From: Candidatus Heimdallarchaeota archaeon B3_Heim
GTDB taxonomy: Archaea; Asgardarchaeota; Heimdallarchaeia; Hodarchaeales; Hodarchaeaceae
Assembly: GCA_003144275.1 (NCBI GenBank)
Contig: NJBF01000007.1
Coordinates: 9,994 to 41,993 of the forward strand
Reading direction: 5' to 3'
DNA: 32,000 bases
The stretch's first letter is position 1. Every line of letters starts with the position of its first letter. The notes below the pieces were generated by a model. That model ran no database searches. It saw only the letters and a list, made by a program, of their open reading frames with translations, and was not told the DNA's origin. Below, piece after piece: positions 9,791-17,655 of the stretch. Made by a program: the position numbers and the translations under genes.

Positions 9791-10879
9791 TTGCAAATTA
9801 ATGATCCTAAAAGGAATATTCCGTATATAATTGGCGAAACAGCCTATAATCATGAAGGTGATATCAATTATTTATTTAGAATGATTGATGAGATAGCAGA
9901 GTTACAATTAAATGCTGTAAAGTTTCATTTATTACTAAATTTAGAAAGTTATATTCAAAAAAATCATCCACTCATTGCAACTTTAAAAAAATGGATTTTT
10001 AATCAGTCCCAATGGGATGAAATTATCGATTATTCTATTGAAAAAGGGTTGGACGTCATTGCTCTTTGTGATGATGTTGAAAGTTGTGAATATCTTATAA
10101 ATACTGGAAAAAAGATCGATTCGCTCGAACTACATCCAGTAAGCATTAATGATCACTTCTTGCTGGATTCTATTTCAAATTTCGATGGTCGAATCATTCT
10201 CGGAGTGGGAGGGGCATCCTTAGAGGAAATACGATATGCAATAGATTTTCTGACGAATCGAGGGAGGAATAACATTCTCTTGATGTTTGGCTTCCAGAGC
10301 TATCCTACAAATTATCAAGAAATAAATTTATCAAAAATGATTAAAATTAGAGATCTTTTCGATCTTCCAGTTGGATATGCAGATCATACAGCGTACAATG
10401 ACCCTGATAATACGTTTATTAGTATTTTAGGGGCTGCCATGGGCTTTGAAATTCTTGAAAAGCATTATACTCTCAATGTCGGACAGGAGAGAATTGATTA
10501 TCATGCAGCGATTGGGAAGAAACAGATGAAAGAGATAAATCGATTAATGAAGCTCGTTCTAGATGTGTACGGGATTGGATCAATAGAAATGAGTAAAGCA
10601 GAGCTAAATTATGGGAATATTGGGCCTATGAAGAAAGCTATCGTGGCAAAAACGGATATTTCTAAGGGAACACAATTATCTCTTGATAATTTATGGTTTA
10701 AAAGAACTCAAGAGGAGAGCTACATTGAACAAAATCAATTTCTTAAATTATTAGGATTAGAAACCACTGTTAATATTAATAGTGATGAGATAATAGATTA
10801 TTCTAAGATCAAATATCAGTTTCAGAAGATGAGTGAAAAGGACTTTACAAATATAGGTAAGAATGAAGAGAAAGATTAA
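9791..10879 (+). CDS. Divergent NeuB-family nonulosonate (sialic/legionaminic-type) synthase with C-terminal SAF-like domain
   Basis: GETAYNHEGDINYLFRMIDE, NAVKFHLL, GVGGASLEEIRYAI, LPVGYADHTAYND, ILEKHYTLNVGQERIDYHAAIG, and C-terminal VAKTDISKGTQLSLDNLWFKR. TTG start. Confidence 0.82.
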   Translation: MQINDPKRNIPYIIGETAYNHEGDINYLFRMIDEIAELQLNAVKFHLLLNLESYIQKNHPLIATLKKWIFNQSQWDEIIDYSIEKGLDVIALCDDVESCEYLINTGKKIDSLELHPVSINDHFLLDSISNFDGRIILGVGGASLEEIRYAIDFLTNRGRNNILLMFGFQSYPTNYQEINLSKMIKIRDLFDLPVGYADHTAYNDPDNTFISILGAAMGFEILEKHYTLNVGQERIDYHAAIGKKQMKEINRLMKLVLDVYGIGSIEMSKAELNYGNIGPMKKAIVAKTDISKGTQLSLDNLWFKRTQEESYIEQNQFLKLLGLETTVNINSDEIIDYSKIKYQFQKMSEKDFTNIGKNEEKD

Positions 10880-11382
10880 GTCTGTTTTCTCTGTTTTGGA
10901 GAAGAAAATTCCCAGATATGATCACAGTAAGCACTCCCTGTTACGATCTCATGATTTCTAGAAAATTGAACGCCTGGGAGAACATTTTCCGTAAAAGTTT
11001 GATCTGAGATACAGTATGCATAGGCCAAGTCAGCTAATCCTTCATCGGTTAGAATTTCATAGAATGGACAGCGAGTGAATTTCACCTTCAAAATTGTTGA
11101 TGCAGACTCTATAATTTCACAATATGGTGTTTCGCTTGCAAATTGTACATATGACTCACGAAAACGATTAAAACGTTCTTGAGAACCAGGTTCGAAATCT
11201 GAGAGTATGTTCCTGTAATAGGTGGTCATGAATTTGCCAAACGCATCTGAAGCCACCTTAAATGCCATTTCTTTGTTTAGATTTTCATTTATCGATGTTA
11301 AAAATGAAACAGTGGCTAAAGACTGCAGTTTTTTTTGCGTGTAAATTCGATCTTTTTGAGGCGATTTCCTGTTCTTTCTCAA
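10876..11382 (-). CDS. L-2-amino-thiazoline-4-carboxylic acid hydrolase-like protein
   Basis: FEVRFTRCPFYE-like block (VKFTRCPFYEILTDEGLADLAYAYCISDQTF) and HEIVTGSAYCDHIWEF C-terminal motif. Confidence 0.65.
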   Translation of the reverse strand: MRKNRKSPQKDRIYTQKKLQSLATVSFLTSINENLNKEMAFKVASDAFGKFMTTYYRNILSDFEPGSQERFNRFRESYVQFASETPYCEIIESASTILKVKFTRCPFYEILTDEGLADLAYAYCISDQTFTENVLPGVQFSRNHEIVTGSAYCDHIWEFSSPKQRKQT

Positions 11383-11420
11383 GTGAATTTATCTCCTAAA
11401 TTTAGAAAAATATTTTTCTT

Positions 11421-12287
11421 CTAAAAATGAAGAAAGAATTTCCAACCAAAATAAGCTCTAACCTCTTTGTCTTTTAATTTCCACTTCTCTTTCCGGGCAC
11501 TCCAATAGCCCTTTAAAATTTTAATCCCATTAAATCCCGCAAGAATTGTTTTTAATAGCAATAGGATCGGATTGTAGCCAAAGTGGTATGTTAACCGTCC
11601 ATTTCGAAATAAATCCTTCTTAGCAACTCTTGTAGTAGGTCGTTCTTGGATCATATAAACCTCTGATAGTTCACGAGCTTTCATTTTTCTTATTTTTGCC
11701 CGAGTATTAATCCAAGTATCCCAATCAACCTCTGGGAAATATTCCGAAGGCGTTGACTCAAGGAGTGAGCTCCGGATGACTTTACCGGATCCCCGTGCAT
11801 CTTTTCTGCCAAATTTCGCGCCAACATTAATTTGCTCTACATATTCGTTCAATTGATCCTTTACTACAATAATCCCCGACACACACCCTAAAGAAGGAGT
11901 GTTACCCATTGTTGTAATGATTTTTTCATAATAATAAGGTTCTAGACGGGTGTCTGCATCAAGAGTCGCGACATAGTCATATCTTGCGGCTTTTGCTAAT
12001 TCAAACCAAGCAGTATTAAATGTACGTCCAACCGTGTCCAAATTTGGTACTGTTTTTATTGATAATTGGAGCAATTTCAAATTTAAACTCGGATATTTGT
12101 TAATCAGTCTTTCAATTTCAACTCTAACGTTTGGATCAGGAGACCCATCATCAATAATTATCACTTCATCAGGTACTAAAGTCTGTTCTAATAATGATTT
12201 TACTAATTCTTCCAACATTTCATACTCATTATAGACCTTTACGAATACACAGAATTTTGTACGCAAGCTCTGATCCTTTTCAATCAT
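11421..12287 (-). CDS. Glycosyltransferase family 2
   Basis: VKVYNEYEMLEELVKSLLEQTLVPDEVIIIDDGSPD, YDYVATLDADTRLEPYYYEK (DxD). Confidence 0.9.
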   Translation of the reverse strand: MIEKDQSLRTKFCVFVKVYNEYEMLEELVKSLLEQTLVPDEVIIIDDGSPDPNVRVEIERLINKYPSLNLKLLQLSIKTVPNLDTVGRTFNTAWFELAKAARYDYVATLDADTRLEPYYYEKIITTMGNTPSLGCVSGIIVVKDQLNEYVEQINVGAKFGRKDARGSGKVIRSSLLESTPSEYFPEVDWDTWINTRAKIRKMKARELSEVYMIQERPTTRVAKKDLFRNGRLTYHFGYNPILLLLKTILAGFNGIKILKGYWSARKEKWKLKDKEVRAYFGWKFFLHF

Positions 12288-12417
12288 GATTCTTACCTTT
12301 CAGGAAATAACATCTTATGATTGCCCAATGCCACGATATTTAATACCTAATTCTTTAATTTTTTCACTATCCAATATGCCCTATATACCCTAACCCGATT
12401 ATTGCTACTTTTTTCAT

Positions 12418-13419
12418 TTAATTATTTCCTTTATGTATTCTCTCATGATTTCCTGTAAGTTCCCGTGTTGTCCATAACAAGAAGAGCAATCCAAGGCCCA
12501 CTCCAAACCATAGAGTTGTGAAACGAATAACTAAGGTCAAAGCAACTGATTTTGTATATTTTACGTTAAGAAGATCGATAACCAGGAATTCTAACCCGCC
12601 TTCCATTAATCCTAACCCGCCTGGTAGGAATGAAATAGCACCTATAATGGAGGAAGTGGCATAAATAAACATAGCCATTTGGAAACTCATTTGTATGCCC
12701 AAGCTTTGCGCCACCAGCATAAAAGCTAAGCATTCACAGGCCCAACCTACCATTCCGAGGAGGAGTGCTCCAGTGAATACTGGTAAGCGAAAGGTGACAA
12801 TGACATCTGCACGAAAATTATCAACATATCCACCTAATTTCCGCCATGGTCCAAAGATAAGAATTCGTGAAAAAAAGTGATAGAGAGGATCGAATAAAAA
12901 TGTGATCACACCAATCATTACCAGAAAAAGAATTATTAGAAGGATAAAAAGATAATCTGAACTGAAACCCATTATAATAATACCAATTATTGATAATAGT
13001 GTGACGGCCAGTAAATCTATCAATCGTTCAGAGAAAGTTGATGCAAGCCCCTTTGAAATATCTATATTACTCCTTTTTTTCAGTAGTAAAGCACGGATTG
13101 CTTCTCCAGCTTTTGCGGGAGTTATTGCCAAAGCTAAACCAGCCATAAAGACTTTGAAGTTATATAGAGGGGGAATTTCTAATTTTAAACTCCTTGTAAA
13201 TAGAACCCATTTTAGAAATCTACATAGATAATTGAGAAAACTTAGGCCAAGTGCAATGAAAACTACTTCAACTGGAATCCCAGCTAAGTAGATAAGAAGT
13301 TGGTTCCGATTACTGATAAATATCAGAACTAAATAAACTCCTGCTCCCAAAATTAACCCAAATACAAAATTACGGAATGTAAAGATCTTACTATAAAAAG
13401 ATTCACTCTTTAATTCCAT
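12418..13419 (-). CDS. Lysylphosphatidylglycerol synthase TM-region / UPF0104 (flippase-like) membrane protein
   Basis: Multiple TM segments; FVFMAGLALAITPAKAGEAIRALLLKKR-type motif, SSIIGAISFLPGGLGLMEGGLEFL. Confidence 0.85.
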   Translation of the reverse strand: MELKSESFYSKIFTFRNFVFGLILGAGVYLVLIFISNRNQLLIYLAGIPVEVVFIALGLSFLNYLCRFLKWVLFTRSLKLEIPPLYNFKVFMAGLALAITPAKAGEAIRALLLKKRSNIDISKGLASTFSERLIDLLAVTLLSIIGIIIMGFSSDYLFILLIILFLVMIGVITFLFDPLYHFFSRILIFGPWRKLGGYVDNFRADVIVTFRLPVFTGALLLGMVGWACECLAFMLVAQSLGIQMSFQMAMFIYATSSIIGAISFLPGGLGLMEGGLEFLVIDLLNVKYTKSVALTLVIRFTTLWFGVGLGLLFLLWTTRELTGNHERIHKGNN

Positions 13420-13426
13420 AAGCTTC

Positions 13427-13615
13427 CCGTTCTGAAAGACTTACCCAAATCGGACATTTAGGGACAATTAAGATTTTTATGTTAATGATGCTAATTATCA
13501 CCAGTCGGTATTGGTGCTATTCTTCCTGCTTCCTCGACGCGTGCCTGTTGGTACACAGGTCTTACCGCCTCTCCACAGGCATTTAAGGTCTCCGCGGAAC
13601 TCTCGGCGACAGGAA
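13427..13615 (-). repeat. Right-end copy A: second, divergent copy of the tnpB 3' end / putative omegaRNA region
   Basis: Begins/ends with the same blocks as copy B: 24-nt CCGTTCTGAAAGACTTACCCAAAT (13427-13450) and cctctccacaggc[a/g]tttaaggtctccgcggaactctcggcgac[a/c]ggaa (13568-13615); encodes PVAESSAETLNACGEAVRPVYQQARVEEAGRIAP. Confidence 0.9.
13427..13615 (-). ncRNA. Putative second TnpB guide scaffold (omegaRNA-like), copy A, adjacent to the UPF0104 gene start
   Basis: Conserves the same hairpins with pair-preserving changes: TGCCT-GTGGAG-AGGCG (13566-13581), CCTGT-GTACCA-ACAGG (13544-13559). Confidence 0.5.
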
Positions 13616-13649
13616 TTATTAGGGGTTCCTTCTTTATAAAATCATCAAA

Positions 13650-13821
13650 CCGTTCTGAAAGACTTACCCAAATAAGACAGTTAAAAATAATTAGGAACAA
13701 TTATTACAAACCGTCCTTGGAGCTGTTCTTCCTGATTCATCGACGCGAGCCTGCTCAGATGCAGGTTTTACCACCTCTCCACAGGCGTTTAAGGTCTCCG
13801 CGGAACTCTCGGCGACCGGAA
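13650..13821 (-). repeat. Right-end copy B: 3' end of tnpB plus terminal region, tandem with copy A
   Basis: 24-nt CCGTTCTGAAAGACTTACCCAAAT at 13650-13673; core block 13774-13821; encodes PVAESSAETLNACGEVVKPASEQARVDESGRTAP. Confidence 0.9.
13650..13821 (-). ncRNA. Putative TnpB guide scaffold (omegaRNA/reRNA), copy B
   Basis: Position at the 3' end of tnpB; hairpins CGCCT-GTGGAG-AGGTG (13772-13787), CCTGC-ATCTGA-GCAGG (13750-13765), AATAATT-GTTCCT-AATTATT (13686-13705). Boundaries inferred only. Confidence 0.6.
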
Positions 13822-14971
13822 ATAGTCGGAACCGATAGATAACATAATAATTGGCTACATTGCACGCAGCATTCTGATCACGATCTAATACCAACCCACA
13901 TAACGGGCAATGAAAAACCCGATCAGCTAACGTTAGATCCTGCTGGTAATACAGGCAATTAGAGCATAATTTCGAGGAAGGAAACCAGCGATCGATCTCA
14001 ATCAACGTAGAACCATAGAAAGGTGCCTTATATGCGAGGAAACGCTGAAACAGACCATGTGAAAGATCGGCCCAATATTTACTCAGCTTCTTATTTTGCA
14101 TTAATCCTTTGACATATAAATCCTCGGTAACTATCACGCTGTGGTTTTTAGCCAGATAGGTAGAGGTTTGATGCAAAAAATTATGCCGTTGGTTTGTAAT
14201 TCGACGATAGAATTGCGCTAAGCGGAGGGCAGACTTTCGTTTATTATTTGAGCCGTTCTCTTTCCGTGAATGAGCTTTTGATAATCGACACTGTTTCCGA
14301 GCTTGACGGAGGAGGAAATTAGGTCGTGCGATGGGGATTCCAGAAGATAAGGCGGCAAAGACGGATAATCCTTTATCCAACGCAACGAGTGGGCCACCGT
14401 TTGGTTTACGATCCGGTTGTTCCTCTTTCACGGTAAGAGCCACAGACCAGCGATCCGCAGTCCGAGAGATCGTGGCACTCAGTATCCGTGCCGATACAGG
14501 TAAATTTGGCGTTTCTTTTAGCCGTAATTTCCCCAAACGAGGTAATTGGACCTGTTTTACCGCTGGAAAAAGGCGAACCACTCCCGTCAATCGAAAGCTG
14601 TCCTTACACTTGCCTTTTTTCTTGAATCTGGGCAATCCGACATAGCGGATGGTTCGGTTCTTTTTTCTTTGTTGATGATTGGTGAAGAAATTCTGATAGC
14701 CACGATCTAAGTCGCGGAGGGCCTCTTGCGGGACACATTTCGAGACCTCATACATCCAGGGAAAATCAGTGTTTTTCAAGCGATTTAATTCTTTATGTTG
14801 TTTTATAGCATCGGTATAACGAGCTGTACCTGTTTGCGTGCGATAACGTTGTTTTCGACTGGCTAATCCCCAGTTCCAGGTAAATCGTGATATACCTGCA
14901 CATTTGGTCAGTAGCGTCCGTTCCTTGTTATTTACACATAATTCGTACTTATATCCTCGTGTACGGAGCAT
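13691..14971 (-). CDS. tnpB: RNA-guided endonuclease TnpB (IS1341-type, OrfB_IS605 family)
   Basis: GPLVALDKGLSVFAAL (RuvC D), VIVTEDLYVKGL (E), zinc finger CSNC...CPLC, LDRDQNAACN (D), C-terminal SAETLNACGE motif. No tnpA in window. Confidence 0.95.
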   Translation of the reverse strand: MLRTRGYKYELCVNNKERTLLTKCAGISRFTWNWGLASRKQRYRTQTGTARYTDAIKQHKELNRLKNTDFPWMYEVSKCVPQEALRDLDRGYQNFFTNHQQRKKNRTIRYVGLPRFKKKGKCKDSFRLTGVVRLFPAVKQVQLPRLGKLRLKETPNLPVSARILSATISRTADRWSVALTVKEEQPDRKPNGGPLVALDKGLSVFAALSSGIPIARPNFLLRQARKQCRLSKAHSRKENGSNNKRKSALRLAQFYRRITNQRHNFLHQTSTYLAKNHSVIVTEDLYVKGLMQNKKLSKYWADLSHGLFQRFLAYKAPFYGSTLIEIDRWFPSSKLCSNCLYYQQDLTLADRVFHCPLCGLVLDRDQNAACNVANYYVIYRFRLFPVAESSAETLNACGEVVKPASEQARVDESGRTAPRTVCNNCS

Positions 14972-15699
14972 CCCTGACCATCCTTACTAGCACTCACTAA
15001 CATAACATAGCAATACTGATTGATTACGCGCTTTTCTTCTTATAAACCTACGAGGCCACGTGATCTAAATCAAAATTGCTAATATTCCGTTATTTTATTG
15101 TTAAAAGGTTAATTAGGTCATCACTGGAACTATAATCTCATGAGATCTGTTTATTTCTCTATTAATTATATCTTTTAGTCTCTCCTCCCTCTTCCTAAGT
15201 TCCATTGCTTTTTGTTTCCCTTTTCCCCTTGAAATTCACTTTTCCTATTTGTCTATAAATGTCTATATTTGGCTATTATTCAATAGATAGTTTACAACCC
15301 TACATTCCAGATCAAACGGGGTTCCTTTCCCTCATTTTAGCGTTAATAGGTTAACTAGCCCATCGTTTTATCTATAATCCAATGAGACAAATTAAATCCC
15401 CAGTCATTATTATAATTCATGTTCTGTCCCCGTTTCTTTCGTTGTTCTGTATGCTGTCTTAAACTTCCTCTTCGTCCTGTGTGTCCATAAATGTCGATAT
15501 CTATCCATTGATTCGCTAGCTATTATCAACCCTTTGAGTATCACTTTTAAAATGCAGATCAATGAATCACCATCAATAACCACTAAAAAATCCCTTCTGA
15601 GTTCTACCAGTGCATCATTTAGAAAGGATTTCTCTGACCTAGCAAATTTTTTTACCACAACCTACATCAAACATCATTTTTTTTGTCTCCTGATCGTCT

Positions 15700-16080
15700 T
15701 TGTTGCGAGAAAAAGAATGTCTTGAATGTAAACAACATTTTCCTGTACCGTCTATGATTAGAGGTGTAAAGACTAACCAATATGGGGATAAGGAAAAATA
15801 TGGTTATCTCTGCGGAAGATGTTATCGGAATAGCGTGGAAAAACGATCAAAAATCCTCCTCTTTTTCACTGTGGGTTCTGGGGTTATAGGATTTATTTTC
15901 TTTAGTCTAATCTTGTATATGTATCTATTTGTCAAAACTCTTTTAGCTGATCAGTTCATATCTACAGTAGAAACTTTTTCATCCTTGGGTATTATTTTCA
16001 TTTTATTTTCTTTGGTCTTGTTTTACATGCGTCACAAAGAGTTGTCTAAAATGCGGAAGCAAATTAAAACTCTTCGTTAG
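15700..16080 (+). CDS. Small membrane protein with N-terminal Cys pairs (CLEC...CGRC) and two predicted TM helices
   Basis: ORF; ECLECKQHFPVPSMIRG...YLCGRCYRN followed by two hydrophobic segments. TTG start. Confidence 0.5.
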   Translation: MLREKECLECKQHFPVPSMIRGVKTNQYGDKEKYGYLCGRCYRNSVEKRSKILLFFTVGSGVIGFIFFSLILYMYLFVKTLLADQFISTVETFSSLGIIFILFSLVLFYMRHKELSKMRKQIKTLR

Positions 16081-16095
16081 TTTTTTATCCGTACA

Positions 16096-17163
16096 TTATG
16101 AGGAGAAATCATTATAATTAAGAAGCTTATTCATAGTTGGATGTTCTTCAAGTTTAGTAATTATTTTCTTTATTTCGTGAGCTCTCCCCTTTTTACACAC
16201 AAAAATGCAATCATTTGTATCAATTATGACCAAATCTTCAATACCCAGTCCGACGATTGGTTTTTCTCCGAATATTATACTATTTTTCACATCGACACCT
16301 AGGAAATCTGATTGAATTATATTACCTTCATTATCTCTGTCCATGATTCTGTCTAGAGAATCCCAAGTTCCAATATCATCCCATTCAAAATCTCCTTTAA
16401 CGACTACCAGATCACTTGACTTTTCCATAATTCCATAATCTATCGAAACTTTCGATAACGGTTCAAATACTTTTTTTGCTACCTGTGGATCAAAATTTTC
16501 TTTTCGAATTGTTTCTAATCCCTCATAAAGAGTTGGCATGAATTTTTTATAGCTCAGATATAGAAAAGAGGGTTTTACAATGAACATTCCTGAATTCCAC
16601 AGATATCCAAGACGTATATACTCTCGGGCTGTAGAAGATGTGGGTTTTTCTTTGAAAGAATTCACTTCAAATGTATTTTCTGTTGTAGCAGTCAATCTAT
16701 TTCCTGGTTCGATATATCCAAAGCGGGTTTCAGCTCTACGTGGTTTTATACCTATTAGTGCAATCTTATTTTGTTCAGCTAATTTGACGGCGGGGTTTAT
16801 CGCAAGTTTAAATTTTGTTAAATCTGGTATAAAATAATCTGCTCCCATAAAAATGGTTACATCATTCTGATCATCATTCAATAAGTGTGAACAAGCATAA
16901 CCAATGCCTGCGGCTGAATCTCGACCTAAAGGTTCGACGATTAGATTTACATCTGGCAATTGTTCTCGAATTAGCTGTTTAAGACTATCCCGCGTCGAAA
17001 TATGAATTTTTTTTGAATCAACAATCTTACAGGCATTATGATACGTCTGTTGGATCAATGAAACGCCTCTATCAAGGGAAATACATTGTTTAGGTTTGTT
17101 TTTACGTGATTTTGGCCATAAGCGTTCCCCTCCGCCTCCTGCTAATATCACAATATTGACCAT
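16096..17163 (-). CDS. manC: Mannose-1-phosphate guanylyltransferase
   Basis: VNIVILAGGGGERLWPKSRKNKPKQCISL, FMGADYFIPD, VEKPTSSTAREYIRLGYLWNSGMF-type, VKGDFEWDDIGTWDSL. Nucleotidyltransferase domain only. Confidence 0.88.
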   Translation of the reverse strand: MVNIVILAGGGGERLWPKSRKNKPKQCISLDRGVSLIQQTYHNACKIVDSKKIHISTRDSLKQLIREQLPDVNLIVEPLGRDSAAGIGYACSHLLNDDQNDVTIFMGADYFIPDLTKFKLAINPAVKLAEQNKIALIGIKPRRAETRFGYIEPGNRLTATTENTFEVNSFKEKPTSSTAREYIRLGYLWNSGMFIVKPSFLYLSYKKFMPTLYEGLETIRKENFDPQVAKKVFEPLSKVSIDYGIMEKSSDLVVVKGDFEWDDIGTWDSLDRIMDRDNEGNIIQSDFLGVDVKNSIIFGEKPIVGLGIEDLVIIDTNDCIFVCKKGRAHEIKKIITKLEEHPTMNKLLNYNDFSS

Positions 17164-17250
17164 CCTAGTTTCCTCTAAATTTACCCTGCGTGTTATTTCA
17201 ATTGAAAATTTCTATGGACCAAGAATAAAAAGCTTACTCGAATATTCGAA

Positions 17251-17655
17251 TTAATTTTTATGCAAATATTTCCCGATTATTCGAAGTAATTCCGCAGAAC
17301 TGAATGGCTTTGTCACATACTCTTCCGCCCCTGCTTGAAACCCCTCTTCGATATGATGATCAAGAACCTTTGCTGAGAAGATGATAATAGGAATAGATTT
17401 ATGTATAGGATCGGTTTTTAATCGTTTACAAACCTCTATACCATTTAATTCTCCAGGCATTCTGATATCAAGAAGAATTAAATCGGGTTTCTGCTTAACT
17501 TCCTCTAAGGCTTCCGAACCATTTAGGGCCTTGAGTACATCGTAACCTTCATGTCTTAAGATTGTCTGCATTAATTCAAGAGTATCAGGTTCGTCATCAA
17601 CTACTAAAATACTTTTTTTCTCCGAAACCATTCGAAAAACCCGTGGATAATGCAA
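17251..17655 (-). CDS. Stand-alone response-regulator receiver (CheY-like)
   Basis: SILVVDDEPDTLELMQTIL, PDLILLDIRMPG, IIIFSAK, GAEEYVTKPFSSAEL. Confidence 0.93.
   Translation of the reverse strand: MHYPRVFRMVSEKKSILVVDDEPDTLELMQTILRHEGYDVLKALNGSEALEEVKQKPDLILLDIRMPGELNGIEVCKRLKTDPIHKSIPIIIFSAKVLDHHIEEGFQAGAEEYVTKPFSSAELLRIIGKYLHKN

Larger units (their letters stand above)
13427..15060 (-). mobile_element. Lone-tnpB (IS1341-like) insertion element with duplicated right end; left boundary not defined
   Basis: tnpB ORF, repeated right ends, and no coding capacity immediately upstream. The left end is a guess. Confidence 0.6.

Noticed and set aside
12034-13231. Plus-strand ORFs 12034..12234, 12695..12880 and 13001..13231
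   Set aside because: All antisense to the GT2 and UPF0104 genes with no motif support.
13427-13673. CRISPR-like repeat reading of the repeated 24-mer
   Set aside because: Only two copies, 223 nt apart, and embedded in a longer tnpB 3'-end duplication; no regular spacers.
13491-13700. 69-aa ORF as an independent protein gene
   Set aside because: Its only recognisable part is the duplicated TnpB C-terminal tail (PVAESSAETLNACGE..); better interpreted as the duplicated right end / RNA scaffold than a real protein.
14331-14645. 104-aa plus-strand ORF
   Set aside because: Antisense shadow of tnpB.
15410-15658. 82-aa minus-strand ORF
   Set aside because: No family motif recognised and it sits in a probably degenerate stretch; insufficient support for a CDS.
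16580-16837. 85-aa plus-strand ORF
   Set aside because: Antisense to manC, shadow ORF.
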